64,000 nucleotides of DNA from Eledone cirrhosa (GCA_964016885.1 OZ024754.1:10044001-10108000), one strand, 5' to 3'; positions 38,846 to 52,250 are shown, counted from the first letter of the stretch. Translations and numbers: made by a program. Notes: generated by a model not told the origin, from the letters alone.

Positions 38846-40295
38846 CTAATACTGCTAATCCACTGCTCTATATAATTATATCTATAATCATTATAATCAT
38901 GATGATTATCATTTTAATTACATCTTACATGTATAGATCTAAGTACGTGGTTTTGATGCGTTTCCAATCTGAAATAATTATAACAACAGAATGTATGTGA
39001 GTGTACAAGTGGGAGTGTGCAAGTGCACAAAAAATATATACGATGTGTCTAGATTATCTTGCTAGCGTTCAGAGTTACCTGCAGCAATGACAAAATCTTT
39101 TTAATATTTTACAAGAGAAAGAAAATTATCAAAAATAAAATAATAATAATAATTATAATGATGTAAGGAAATCATATAAATCTATAAAAATCTATAAAAA
39201 TGATTCAATAAATTAGTGAAGCAGACATTGTTTTTTTTTTTTATATATTTTTTCTTTTTTCTTTTCATCAATTGTTTCTTTCTAAGGTGTAAATAATTAT
39301 TTGTTGTTCTTGTTCTCTTAATTTTCGTTTTATAAAGGAAAAGAAATTTAAAAAAATAATTTACAAATGCACATTTAAAGAAAACAATGAAAGAAAAGGA
39401 AAGAAATAAAGAAAATATTAAAAAGCAACGCAAAGGTTTTATATGGATAAGAGACTTAGGAAAGGAAATGAAATCAATAACTGACAGAGGCAACAGTGAG
39501 GGTATTAGTAGGGGTTTGAGGATTGAAATCGGATAATTGAGGGCTTGCTTTATTTTAATGGGATAGCTGCTGGGTGTTTGTGATAAGCTCAGCCACCTCA
39601 AGGACAGAAAACTATAATAGTGTAATTAGAAGGAGGGGGCAAGGAGAGTAACATGGAATTTAATAGCATGTGTAGGTTTGCTGGCTTTCATTAACTTCAT
39701 CTTTCTAATGTTTATGAAGCAAGCGCAGCTAAATAAGGAAGGGATCTGTCCTGAAAAGGAAGCACAACCTATGCTGGCTGTTTGTAATCATAATAAATGA
39801 GAACAAATTAATCAAATTCAATAGATATGAGAGGGGGAGGTGCCAGAGAGAAGGGATTGCTTGCTTCCTAATTCTAGATACAGCTAATTTTACAGACCTT
39901 TCTATAACCACTTACTATTTAAAAACATAGGTCAGGAGAGAGTGAGCAAACATGTTTATTTTGGGATAGTGTCTTAACATCAGTAACCATACAGTGCTTA
40001 CTTTAGCTGAGAAATTCTACAGTCTGAGTACTTTACCTGGTTAAAATAATACCAGATTAGATAAGGGCTGAAAATAGAAGTCCTTTCAGCTAAGAAATAC
40101 TGAATTTCTCAAATGCTCCAGAAATTTATTATTTCTGAGTTCAAATCCTGCAGGGGTTAACTTTACTTTTCATCCTTACGAGTTGATAAAATAAAGTACC
40201 AGTAATGCACTGGGTAGTTTTAATTGCCTTTTCCCTCCTTCATTCCATTCTAGATTCTAATAAATAAAGAATCTCCAGGAATTGTAGTAAGGAGT

Positions 40296-40760
40296 AGTTA
40301 GAATTAATAAACATAGTATATAGTGGTTAGTAAGACTGTTAGTGATGTCATCAGAGCTGATGTTTAGTTAGAATTAATAAACTTATTATATAAGACTGTT
40401 AGTGATGTCATCAGAGGTGATTAGTTAGTTAGAATTAATAAACATAGTACATAAGGGTTAGTAAGACTGTTAGTGATGTCATCAGAGCTCATGTTTAGTT
40501 AAAATTAATAAACTTATTATATAAGACTGTTAATGATGTCATCAGAGGTGATTAGTTAGTTAGAATTAATAAACTTAGTACATAAGGGTTAGTAAGACTG
40601 TTAGTGATGTCATCAGAGCTGATTAGTCAATTAGAATTAATAAACTTAGTACATAAGGGTTAGTAAGACTGTAAGTGATGTCATCAGAGCTGATTAGTCA
40701 ATTAGAATTAATAAACTTAGTACATAAGGGTTAGTAAGACTGTTAGTGATGTCATCAGAA
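40296..40760. repeat. ~60-75-bp tandem repeat (7 units)
   Basis: Recurring ttagaattaataaac...taagactgttagtgatgtcatcagag. Confidence 0.9.
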
Positions 40761-40841
40761 GTGATGACTGTTGTGCCCATGCCTAACGCCTACCCAAAGC
40801 TCCGGGGGCAAGATTAATTCGGTGTGCTAGTGGTGGCTTAC

Positions 40842-40938
40842 CACTACTCTTTTGAACTTCTCGTTCACGGTGCCGGTCACTGTATCGCTCTCTGTTCCGA
40901 TCACGTTCGACATCTTTGCTTGTAGCTTCAGTTTTGTT
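40842..40938 (-). CDS. Probable internal coding exon of an unidentified host gene (NKTEATSKDVERDRNRERYSDRHREREVQKSS)
   Basis: Acceptor ttttattttgtatctttcAG and donor G|GTAAGC bracket a 97-nt open frame. It is CpG-rich in an AT-rich context, with CpGs mostly in Arg codons. Confidence 0.7.
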
Positions 40939-41853
40939 CTGAAAGATACAAAATAAATTATAACTTAATGATGATAATAATAATTAAAAAAATGAGTTTT
41001 TTTATTGGCCACTAGGGCCTACATATAGGGGACAATACAAAAAGACAGGGACAGAAGGGGGGGGGGGGGTTACAATAAAATCAAGTAAAAACAAATTAAC
41101 AATAACAATTAAGAAGAAAAAGAAGAAAAAGAAGAAAAAGAAAAAAGAAAAAAAGAAAAAGAAGAAAAAGAAATGAAGAACAACAACACCTGGTAAAAAT
41201 GGGGGAAAAAAAACCCTGGGAGCAGGGTGAGTGTGTATTCACATGTGTGCTTCTGTTTTCACATTTTGCACTGCTTGTGCAGCTGGTTATGTTTGTTTAT
41301 GTCCCACAGAGTCAATATGTCTCACAGGTCAGTAGTTTGACTACATGAAGACCAATGGAATAGGAGGGACATTACGCAAAATAAAAAAATAAAAAATAAA
41401 AATTAAAGTCTGGTATCAGGAAGGACATTGAGCTATAGAATACTGCCTCATAAATTATTGTCTAACCCATGCCAACATGGAAAAAGCAGACATAAAAACA
41501 ATAAGAGATGAGGAGGTTGGTGGTGGTGGAGGTGGTGTTGGTGGTGCTGTTGTTGGTGGTGGTGGCAGAGGTGGTGGTGCTGTTGTTAGTGGTGGTAGAG
41601 GTGGTGGTTGTAGTGATGATAACAGCTCAAACAAGGACAATTTATTCTTGTTTTCCGAGAAATTGTTTTGCTTGGTTTTGGTACTTTTAAACTCAGAGCA
41701 TTTTATGTCTTTGTAATAAGGTAAGAAACTGGGACAAAAACCGAAACATTCAACAAAGGTCATGATAATTTTACAGCAGTATCTTTGAAAAAAAAACCAC
41801 AAAGACATTCAGTCTTCCAACATTGAAATAAGGAAGAAAACAAAACAAAACAA

Positions 41854-41907
<54 letters not shown>

Positions 41908-43188
41908 TATGGCGTCAATAATTCACAGGGCATTATTAGGTTTATCTACAAGAATTATCATTTATCTTTAAATTTATATTCTTGTTGCCAAAAGGATAAC
42001 TGACATTCTAAGAGATTTAAATTGGCAATTATCTAAACATGCATCAAACTAAAGAAACATATATAACGACAAATAAATATAGAGTGGAGCTCGCATGTGT
42101 GTGCATGTGTGAGTGTAGGTGTGCATGTGTGAGTATGGGTGTGCATGTGTGAGTGTAGGTGTGCATGTGAAAGTATGGGTGTGCATGTGTGCAGGCATGT
42201 GTAAACCTACAGCAGAAGTTTCTATAAAACAACAGTTTATTAATAAGAAAAGGAAAGATATAAAAATAGAGAACACCTTAATTAGGCACATTTTATGCCG
42301 TAAGGAATAAAAGAGGAGAAAATAAGAAGAAATGTGAGAAAGAGGGCATCGTTTAATTTAACAAATATACTGTGTCATTGGCAGAAAATGGTGGCACATT
42401 AAGCAGAGAATCACGACCAAGATATCATTGGAAACAAATGATATTGAACATATTCTTGGAATTGGTTTCTAGTCTCAAGCAATAGAGGGGGGGGGGGGGG
42501 GGGAGAAAGGAAGAAAGAATAAAAAAAAAAGAGAGAAAAAGGGACAAAAGAAAGAAAGGGATAAGATGAGATAGGTAAGCAGGCAGGAGATAATGAGTAT
42601 GGAGTAAGCAAATATGTCAGAAGCAATTTCGGTAATTCCAATTTGTGTAGTTGAAAATCTTTGTATGAAAGATCAAGATGGTGTCTACATAGTGAAGATT
42701 ATTCTTCTAGTCCCTTGATATCTTCGCCAAACAATGCAATATACTTATGAATGCTTAATTAGCCATAGAAATATCACTGGACAGCAACAAATATACTGCT
42801 GTCCATTTTAACATAAGAATACAAATATTTGGTAAATTACACAGAAACCTTCTGTTAGCAATGGCATGTTGACTTAATCAGACACTAAGCCACATACACA
42901 ATATTTCTATTGGAACTGTTACTATTATCATAAATCATTCTGTTGGAAAGTCTATCAGCCATATTGAAATGCCAGGCTTCATCTAACTTCTGACCCGAGC
43001 TGAAGCCTACCATCTCCTTCATCAGCATATATGAACATTATATGATCAGCTGTACACAACCACTGACTTACTACAAACAACTTCCGTTTTCCTCAGTTTA
43101 CTCAAATTATCATTTCTCTCCAGCCATTTTTTTGGGGGGACTCCATGTTGTCTGAAACTAAAACCACCACCATCCCTACTCAAACATG

Positions 43189-43226
<38 letters not shown>

Positions 43227-43789
43227 GCACACACACACACACACGCAAAGTATTTAATATCAGAATATAGTCTTGTTGATATTTAATTACTAAGACACAC
43301 ACCTACTGACATTTTAAATCATTTGAAAAGGCCAATAAGCTCTCGAAATCTAATCAATAACAACTATTATAAGGCAAACATATCATTTTAAAAACAGCCA
43401 TTGATCTAACACAAACAGAATATGCAGATTAGATTCAATTCCTGACTGATCTATACAGAAACAAAAAAAAAAACAAACAAAAAAAAAAACAACCACCAGA
43501 ATACTACAATTTCTTCCATTTTGTTGTCCAATTCTTCAAACCTAATCAAAAAAGATCCTTAAAAAATATAAATCGCATCAATATTTTTTCTTTCTCTTTT
43601 TTTTTTTTGTGTGTCCATTTTTATTAGAGTTAAATCGATGTGGGTATACTAAAGCTATATTGTTAAGTGGTGTGGTGGCTGAAATTCTTACAGTGAAGAC
43701 AATGATAGTGAAATACTGCACTTTCTGGCATATATATATATATAACTCAATGAACACCCCACCCCATCCTCCCTCTCCATTCTGTCCAT

Positions 43790-44037
43790 TGTGTAGATGA
43801 CACAACAGTCCACACTGTAAGGTGGTTGTGTAGGAGACACGGTAAAAAGGTTCCCAGTCCACACTGTAAGTGTGGTTGATGTTAGGAAGGGCATCCAGCT
43901 GTAAAAAAATAAACCTGCCAGAGACGCTTCTGTGTGAGCGAGACATGATCTCCCAACCATTCCCCCGCATCAAATGGAACAAAACCGTCTAACCCATGCT
44001 AGCATGGAAGATGGACGTTAAACGATGATGATGATGA
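43790..44037 (+). mobile_element. SINE 3' module with RTE-type tail
   Basis: gttaggaagggcatccagctgtaaaa...cgtctaacccatgctagcatggaagatggacgttaaac(gat)n. Confidence 0.75.
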
Positions 44038-44060
44038 TTATATATATATATATATATATA

Positions 44061-44200
44061 ATATAGAAATGGCTTCTACAGGACTAAAACTGTTTCCTTC
44101 GAATGAAACAGATCTAGTCCTGTAGAAGCCATTTCCATATAAAATATATATACTCTGCTATGTATTGAGTACCTTAGTTACTGTGGTTACCCCCAATTGA
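44061..44200. mobile_element. Penelope-like terminal fragment with a fold-back inversion (44061-44140)
   Basis: gaaatggcttctacaggacta..ctgtttc / gaaacag..tagtcctgtagaagccatttc, next to (TA)n. Confidence 0.55.
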
Positions 44201-44317
44201 ACCAGGGATGCACACTCATAAAAATATATATATTTATGTGTTTGCGTGTGTATATGTGTATGTGTGTAAAAGTAAACAGAAATAACAACACAATCAGTAC
44301 AGTATATGGAAGGAATA

Positions 44318-44373
<56 letters not shown>

Positions 44374-45384
44374 TTACAAAATAAAGAGATCTCTGATAAC
44401 ACATGACTGATATCAGAAATGAAACAATGATTAATCAAAGTCGTGCGAGACAGTTTTTAAAACTTTGAGAAGATAAACCTATTAACTTATGACTGGGATG
44501 AGAAAATTAATCAAAGAGGACAAAAGCCACGACCTGCTGGCCCACTAAATTGGTGAGAAGTACACTAGTTAATCCACCTCCATGTAACTATTTAGCAAGA
44601 CAATAATGAAAATTGATCTTTCAAATTTACGAAAAGTAATTAGAAAATCATGTTGAAATCTACGTGTGTCAATATAGCATATCTAAAAGGCCATTACCAT
44701 TTCATTATTCACAACCTATTAGCAGTTTTACTAGCAGCAAATTTATCTCCAGCTAGCTGCTGCTCCACTATATCACATCATTATAGAAGTGTAGAAAATC
44801 TTCATGATGTGTAAATAAGTATATAATTACTATTGTGACAGTAATAAATGTCATCTTTCATGATCAGTTATGTTAATATCACTGCTTCAGTTTTATCTTC
44901 TTACACACACACACATACCGTCTAACAAAACCATAAGTCACTTTTACACCTTTGTTAATTCTTAGACTTAATATATATTTAGATAGCTAAAACTTTGAAG
45001 TATGAAGTAGACTACTGTGATGACTTCTACCTAGAAAGGAGAGATTTATAACAATAAATATAACTAAATCAACATTTTTGTCAATATTCATATAGAGTTA
45101 TATCTTAGCCTATAGACACTAAGGCATCAAATCATATAAGTGCACAAGTGTAAATATTTGTATTCAGCCAAAACCAAACTCTTCATAGACATTACAAGTA
45201 GGTCTTGTTAAAAACCGAAGTAGATAGAAAGCAAAGTACTATATAAAGGGATGAAAACAATGTTTCCATCTTTTAAGTCAAGCAATTGAGATATGTTGAT
45301 TGACTGTCACTCAACCTCTTAGAAAAAGAGGCTGAATCTCCCACAAATCACAGCCTACAGTCATAGAAAATGGGACAAAATAGG

Positions 45385-45602
45385 TTAACCCTTTAACAGT
45401 TATATTACTCTATATATATACTATTGTATTTTTTAGCTTACATATTTATCTCACATAATATCGAATCTATGAGATTTTGATATCATTTATTTTGAGAACA
45501 ATACCTTGACATAAGTATGAGCGGCCGGTTAGAGCCAGTTTGAACAGAAAGAGGTGAAAGAATTGTGGCTGGATACAGTCAGTTTAAATGCTAAAGAGTT
45601 AA
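45385..45602 (+). mobile_element. piggyBac-type MITE (TTAA-flanked)
   Basis: TTAA-ccctttaac...taaatgctaaagag-TTAA. Confidence 0.8.
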
Positions 45603-45814
45603 TAAAATCCTGTGCTTGATAAGGAAACAACTGGAATATCTTTGATCAAAGATCTGCTGCTTTGGAGGTTAAACAGTACCTTTACTGTTTGGTGTGACTA
45701 ACAGTTGAGATTTTGAAGGGGAATAAAGAGGGTGATTACCTTTCATGATACACCATGATAGGTCTAGTATATAAGCATACTTGGATGTATCGAAAAAAGA
45801 CGATTTTAATTCTA

Positions 45815-46084
45815 TTAACCCTTTAGTATCTAAACCAGATTTACAGTATGGGAGTATAGATAATTAAACCAGCCATATCCGACCAGAATCCTCCCACCTC
45901 TTTCTATTCAAACCGGCTGTAACTGGCCACTCATATTGATGTTAAGGCATTGTTCTCCAAATAAATGACCTCAAAATCTCATAGATTTGATATTAATGAG
46001 ATAATTATGTAAGATAAAGCCTTTACCACAAAAATACAATAGTATATAGAGAGAAATGTAAATGCTAAAGGATTAAAGGGTTAA
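45815..46084 (-). mobile_element. piggyBac-type MITE (TTAA-flanked)
   Basis: TTAA-ccctttagtat...taaatgctaaagga-ttaaaggg-TTAA. Confidence 0.8.
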
Positions 46085-46474
46085 ACGCTAGACATTTTAT
46101 GACTGCCTGCAGTTTTAGTAATCACAGACTTTACCAAACTAAAGATAGTATAAACCTCTATGAATAAACACCTTTTATAAACAAAGTTTATGATTTTCTT
46201 TACATTTACAGAAGAAGAACAAGACCATTGTATGTCCATACTTCTTTCGATGAAATTGGTGATATGGAAATAATTGAACCTGCTCCTTTATTTTGGCTTG
46301 CCATGATCTTCTCTCTATTCCAGTGGTTCTTAAATTTATTTTGTCATGGAACCCTTATATGATTTTATGAGAATCACAAAACCCATATCTATATTTTATG
46401 GACAATCTCTAGCACTCGGATTTTAATAAGACATTAAATGAAACAAAAAACTGTTTTAGAGAGAGAATTGATTC

Positions 46475-46555
<81 letters not shown>

Positions 46556-47688
46556 CATTTAAAATGGTGTGAAGCATTTTTTCAAAAGTGTCATGAAAAA
46601 TCAAATTTAGGAGTGATTTTAAAAGACGAACAAAGTGTATGATGTAAAATATTAAACATGGTTTCCTTGAAAATGTTCAGTTATAATAGACTTTTATCAC
46701 AGAATGATAACTTCTGTTTTGTTTCATTGAAATTTGCCATCAGAAATTATTATACCATGACAAAAATCTATTAAGATTGAAAATTTAGAATAAAACTGTT
46801 TAAAATTTTACACAATACACATTGTTCAGCATTTTAAAACCATTCTTCAATTCAATTTCTACTAAATTTTATCTCACAGAATCCCAGAATTTTTCCAACT
46901 CTGTGAACAACTTGTTTTATCCTACAGGGATCCCTAATTTCACCACCAATAATGCTTTCTAATTTAGGCAAAAAGGAGAGCCAGCAATTTTGGGAAGGGG
47001 AAGGAGAATAAATTATATTGACCCCAATACTTGACTGGTACTTTATTTAATCAACCACAGAAGTATGAAAACCAAAGAACATAAAGAGCTGGAATAAATA
47101 CTGCTTAGTATTTTGTCCAACACTCTAACAACTCTGCCAATCCACTGTCATTACAACAACCCTCCCCAATAATGATGTTGGTTTCATTTAATTTAGAGAC
47201 AAAGTAGATTTTTCTGGCAAATCTCTCATTCAGAACATGAAGGGTCAAAACTAAATAAAACAATTTCCAGTCAGATACTAAAATGTTTCAATAATACCAA
47301 CAGAAACAATATTATCTCCACCATCCCACCACACACTATCGCCAATAAACAAATACACAACTCCCGATATATTAGTGGACAGTTTAAGCAACAAAAACTA
47401 AACCAACAGAAAAGGGAAAGCCGTTTAACAGCACACATTAGCATCTTACATCGAAAACCAATTAACTATGAGTAGACTCAAAAATGTAACCATAATATAT
47501 ACAATAGATGGAGTAGCAGCTTACATAGATTTTAATTGTTGTTGAATTTCAATCTGGGATTGTATTTCTAGTCTTTCACTTAGTTTTTAATGATTCTTGT
47601 TGCAGTTTTTTCTGCTTTGTTTTACAAATGAAACAAATGTTTGTTTATTTTTTTACTTTATATATGTGTGAGGGTGTGTGTGTGTGTG

Positions 47689-47789
<101 letters not shown>

Positions 47790-47946
47790 TAGGTAATTCC
47801 GAAGGAAAAGCCAAAGGAAAAAGAGTGCTCTATGTATAGGACAGAGCTACTTAATTAGAAAGTTATAGTTTGTGTTGTTCACTTTCTATATATATATATA
47901 TTAAAATATAAATATTAATAAAATAGATGTTCTTTTGATCAATTAC

Positions 47947-47999
47947 ATTTTATTATACATATTTCGGATGTACAACAGTACGTCCTCATCAGACAAAAT
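47947..47999 (-). ncRNA. Minimal type-I hammerhead ribozyme motif
   Basis: Minus strand reads attttgt-CTGATGA-ggacgtac-tgtt-gtacatcc-GAAA-tatgta-TA-ataaaat, with the canonical G10.1-C11.1 pair. Confidence 0.8.
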
Positions 48000-48166
48000 A
48001 TAATGATACATGACATACCCTGAGATGTTAAATGGTTAAGATTTAATCAAGGTATTAATATTTATATTTTAATATTAATAACTCCGGAAAATTATTTTAC
48101 CGTAGAGTGCTTCCAATCTACTGTAAAACTCATTCTTTGACATACTCATTGAATATTGTTTAACAC

Positions 48167-48197
<31 letters not shown>

Positions 48198-48694
48198 AGA
48201 AGGAATTTGCAGTTTACTTGAAACATTGTATAGGGTATTAAGAATTCGAAGTTTGAATGCCACAACAATGCAGATTTGTTGGACAATAATTAAGTCATAG
48301 GAAACGAAGGGTCTAGCAAACCAATCTATCAGCTGGTTGTTTTAGTGTCACAATAAAAAGCACCCAGCACTCACTGTAAATGTGGTTGGCATTAGGAAGG
48401 GGATCCACCTAAACCAAGCCAGAAACAGTTCTGTATGAGAAAGACATTGTCACCTGATCTGACTTGTCTCACAACAGGACAACTCGTCTAACCCATGCTA
48501 AACATGGAAAAATGGATGTTAACCTTTTAGAATTTACATTATTCCTCGCCTTATATTCGAGTATATACGGTACTTAAGAAAGATTTCTAAAATAAAATTT
48601 TAATGAAATGTTAACAAAGATAAACATTTTAAAATGAGTTGTTCTGTATCAGAAATCCAGAGCATTTTCAAACAGTTTGTTTGGTATAAAAGGA

Positions 48695-48924
48695 TTAACT
48701 CTTTGGCATTTATATTACTCTCTATATTTACTATTGTATTTTTGTGGTAAAGGCTTTACCTTGCATAATTATCTCACATAATATCGAAGCTAGAGGGTTT
48801 GATATTATTTATTTTGTAAACAATACCTTGACATTGGTGTGAGTGGCTGGTTACAGCTGGTTTGAAAAGAAAGAGGTGAGAGAATTCTGGTTGAATATGG
48901 CAGGTTTAAATACTGAAGGGTTAA
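48695..48924 (+). mobile_element. piggyBac-type MITE (TTAA-flanked)
   Basis: TTAA-ctctttggcattta...taaatactgaaggg-TTAA. Confidence 0.8.
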
Positions 48925-49391
48925 CTCTTTTCATGAAATTTGATTTGACCTGTAGTTAGTACAAAACTGTGAAGGCATGTGATTTTAGTGGTTAGGGTGT
49001 TCAACTCCCAACTGTAAGGTTGGGAGTTTGATTCCCAAACCACTTTACTTCACATTGCTCCAGCCCACTCAGGTAACAAAACTGAATTGTACCTGTAATT
49101 TAGAGAGGCCAGCCTTGTGACAAATTGTGCCATGTTTGAAGAGAAGGAGGTGAGAGAATTCTCACCGATTTAAATACTAAAAGGTTAAACAGTGCTGCTG
49201 ATGACAAACATAGGTCGTATGGTTCTACAAACTCACAAAATTGTAATGAAGTATATTTTACAGTTGGATATTCTCATTTCTACTTCCAACCTTATTCTTA
49301 GCTACTCAACCATAAAAACCGGATGATACTAGTTTCTAAAATAAATATATTAAAATTCTCTCAACAGAAATCTATCAAAATAAAAAGAAAT

Positions 49392-49716
49392 GGAGGCACA
49401 TGGCTTAGTGGTTAGAGCATTGGCCTTGCAATCGAAAGGTTGTGAGTTCAATTCTCAGACCGGGTGATGTGTTGTTTCCTTGAGCAAGACACTTTATTTC
49501 ACATTGCTCCAGTTTACTCAGCTGTAGAAATGAGATGATAGGGACTGCGGTCCCTATCATTCCACTGCAAAGTGGTCGTCGAGGTGCCACGGCAAAAAAA
49601 GCACCCAGCACTCACTGTAAATGAGGTTGGTGTTAGGAAGGGCATCCAGCTGTAGAAATCAAGCCAGAATCAGTTCCAGTCCCACCCTTGCAAGCAGGGA
49701 AAAAGCGGACGTAAAA
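49392..49716 (+). mobile_element. Full-length CORE-type SINE with a target-site duplication
   Basis: Near-identical to the 14897 and 31683 copies; taaaaagaaatg occurs on both sides. Confidence 0.9.
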
Positions 49717-49894
49717 AGAAATGATGTGAATGACTCTAATTATTAGCTTATTTCAAAATTCAATTGCATAGAATTCTATTTAGATGTCACTTGTTACAAA
49801 ATATGAACCAAATATTGACTGAACACATTCAACTTTTATTTCTATGTTTGTTGTTGTTCTTGTTGTTATGTGTGAATGTGTGAATATATGTTCT

Positions 49895-50378
49895 CATGCA
49901 CATGAATATGTGTGTGTGTGGGTGTGTACATATTGACACACACACACATATATATATGTGTATATATATATGTTTATATATAGGCATATATATACACACA
50001 CAAATATATATATATATATGCATATTTATATATATATATATGCATATTTATATATATATGTGTGTATGTGTACATATATATGTGTGTGTGCGTATATATA
50101 TATGCATATATATATGCGTATATATACACACACAAATATATATGTATATATATATGCATATTTATATATATATGTGTGTATGTGTACATATATATGTGTG
50201 TGCGTATATATATATATGTATATATATATATGCGTATATATATATATATATGCGTATATATATGTATATATATATATGTGTATATATATATATATATACA
50301 CAAATTTATGTGTGTGTGTATTATATATATATGTCTGTAGGTGTATATATATATATTTATATATAGATATATATATAG

Positions 50379-50409
<31 letters not shown>

Positions 50410-50431
50410 GATATATATGTATGTGTAGGTG

Positions 50432-50463
<32 letters not shown>

Positions 50464-50484
50464 TATATATATATGTATATGTAG

Positions 50485-50531
<47 letters not shown>

Positions 50532-50863
50532 TATATATATTTATATATATATATATATATAAATAAATATATATATATATATATATCTATATATAGATAT
50601 ATATATGTGTGTGTATGTATGTTATTGACAAGCAGTAAAAAGATGGGCCTTATCCATGTTACACAATGAAAGGTGCATTTCCTCAATGTCAGTGAACTTA
50701 GATCCAGTCATGAGCTCTCATTACCAGCTTTCATCTATGGCTACAGTTGTGTGTACAAATATACTTCTTGAAATGTTACAGGAAAGACTCATATGAAGAT
50801 CTCCATTGGAGAAATCTTCAAAAAGCTTCATTACTTTTACAATAAGCAGTTAAAGTGTGTTTA

Positions 50864-50907
<44 letters not shown>

Positions 50908-50919
50908 GATATATACATG

Positions 50920-50988
<69 letters not shown>

Positions 50989-51058
50989 CTATGTATACAT
51001 ATGTATATATATACATATATGTATATATATATATGTGTATGTGTGGATATATATATGC

Positions 51059-51094
<36 letters not shown>

Positions 51095-51189
51095 ATATAC
51101 ATACATGTATAGATATACATATGTATACATAGATGTGCATCAACATCATCATCATACGTCCGCTTTTACCCTGCTTGCAAGGGTGTATG

Positions 51190-51259
<70 letters not shown>

Positions 51260-51270
51260 TATAGAATATA
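49895..51270. repeat. (TA)n/(TG)n compound microsatellites (two blocks, with a unique gap ~50620-50860)
   Basis: Direct reading. Confidence 0.9.
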
Positions 51271-51354
51271 TAGACAGACTGAATATATAGACAGACTGAA
51301 CAAAAAAAATGGCGTAGACATACAACACAACAGGAGGAACAATGAATATAACAC

Positions 51355-51392
51355 CACTGACGATGTTGCAGATGTGCAACGAAAGATTTATG
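51355..51392 (+). ncRNA. Hammerhead ribozyme motif (stem I weak)
   Basis: ca-CTGACGA-t-gttgca-gatg-tgcaac-GAAA-gatt-TA-tg. Perfect 6-bp stem II. Confidence 0.6.
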
Positions 51393-52212
51393 TAAACTAT
51401 ATATATATGTGTTTGTCTATATTGTATCTGTATTATTTTTGACCGCCGGTCAGTCAATGGCAACATTGAGGACCGAGTAAGTTAGATCGCAGATATATAT
51501 ATATAAAAGACAGCGAGAAGCGAAAACCAACCAAACAGTGAGTGTGTTCTGTTATTAATTCTGGCAATATTACGCAAATATGACCCTCCCCAAATATAAC
51601 AATACATATATATAGACATATACATATACACATATATAGACATATATATATATAGACATATATATATACATATATATATATACATATATATATATACATA
51701 TATATAGACATATACATATACACATATATAGACATATACATATATATAGATATACGCATCTACATATGTATATATATACATGTATGAATATACATATATA
51801 TACATTTATGTATATGTGTGTGTGTGTATACACACACACACACATATATCTATATATCTCCATATATATATGTCTCTCTTTGTGTGGGTGTATATATATA
51901 TGTGTGTGTGTGTGTGTGTATGTATCATCATCATCATCGTTTAATGACTATCTTCCACGTTAGCATGGGTTAGACGGGAATTCTCGCACTCAAGGCTTGA
52001 TTGATTGGGTCACCGTGCCTCTCTCATATAGAACTGTGTATGTATATATACATATATATATAAGGATTAGAATACTGGAGCGTGTTTGAGTCAAACACCC
52101 TCTTCGTATTATAGAAATGACAGTAAAAGGTATAGCTCAATGCAGTTAAACAGAGCCGAAAAATTAAGAGAGTAAAACAAAGTATCCTTTAATACATCAA
52201 AAGTTTTTATTA

Positions 52213-52250
52213 GCCGACAATGTTTCGTCCTATTAAGGACTCATCAGGGC
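52213..52250 (-). ncRNA. Canonical minimal type-I hammerhead ribozyme motif
   Basis: Minus strand reads gcc-CTGATGA-gtcct-taat-aggac-GAAA-cattg-TC-ggc, with G10.1-C11.1 and a GUC cleavage triplet. Confidence 0.85.

Noticed and set aside
40340-40760. Repeated TCATCAG (CTGATGA on the minus strand) in the tandem array, suggesting a retrozyme array
   Set aside because: No GAAA box or stem II follows in any unit.
46212-46345. Plus-strand acceptor followed by RRTRPLYVHTSFDEIGDMEIIEPAP
   Set aside because: No recognisable homology, on the opposite strand to the supported exon, and it runs into a hAT-like cagtggttct terminus.
48544-48572. ctcgccttatattcgagtatatacggta, resembling a pogo/Tigger-type terminal repeat
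   Set aside because: Only ~28 bp with no partner end in the window; too short to call.
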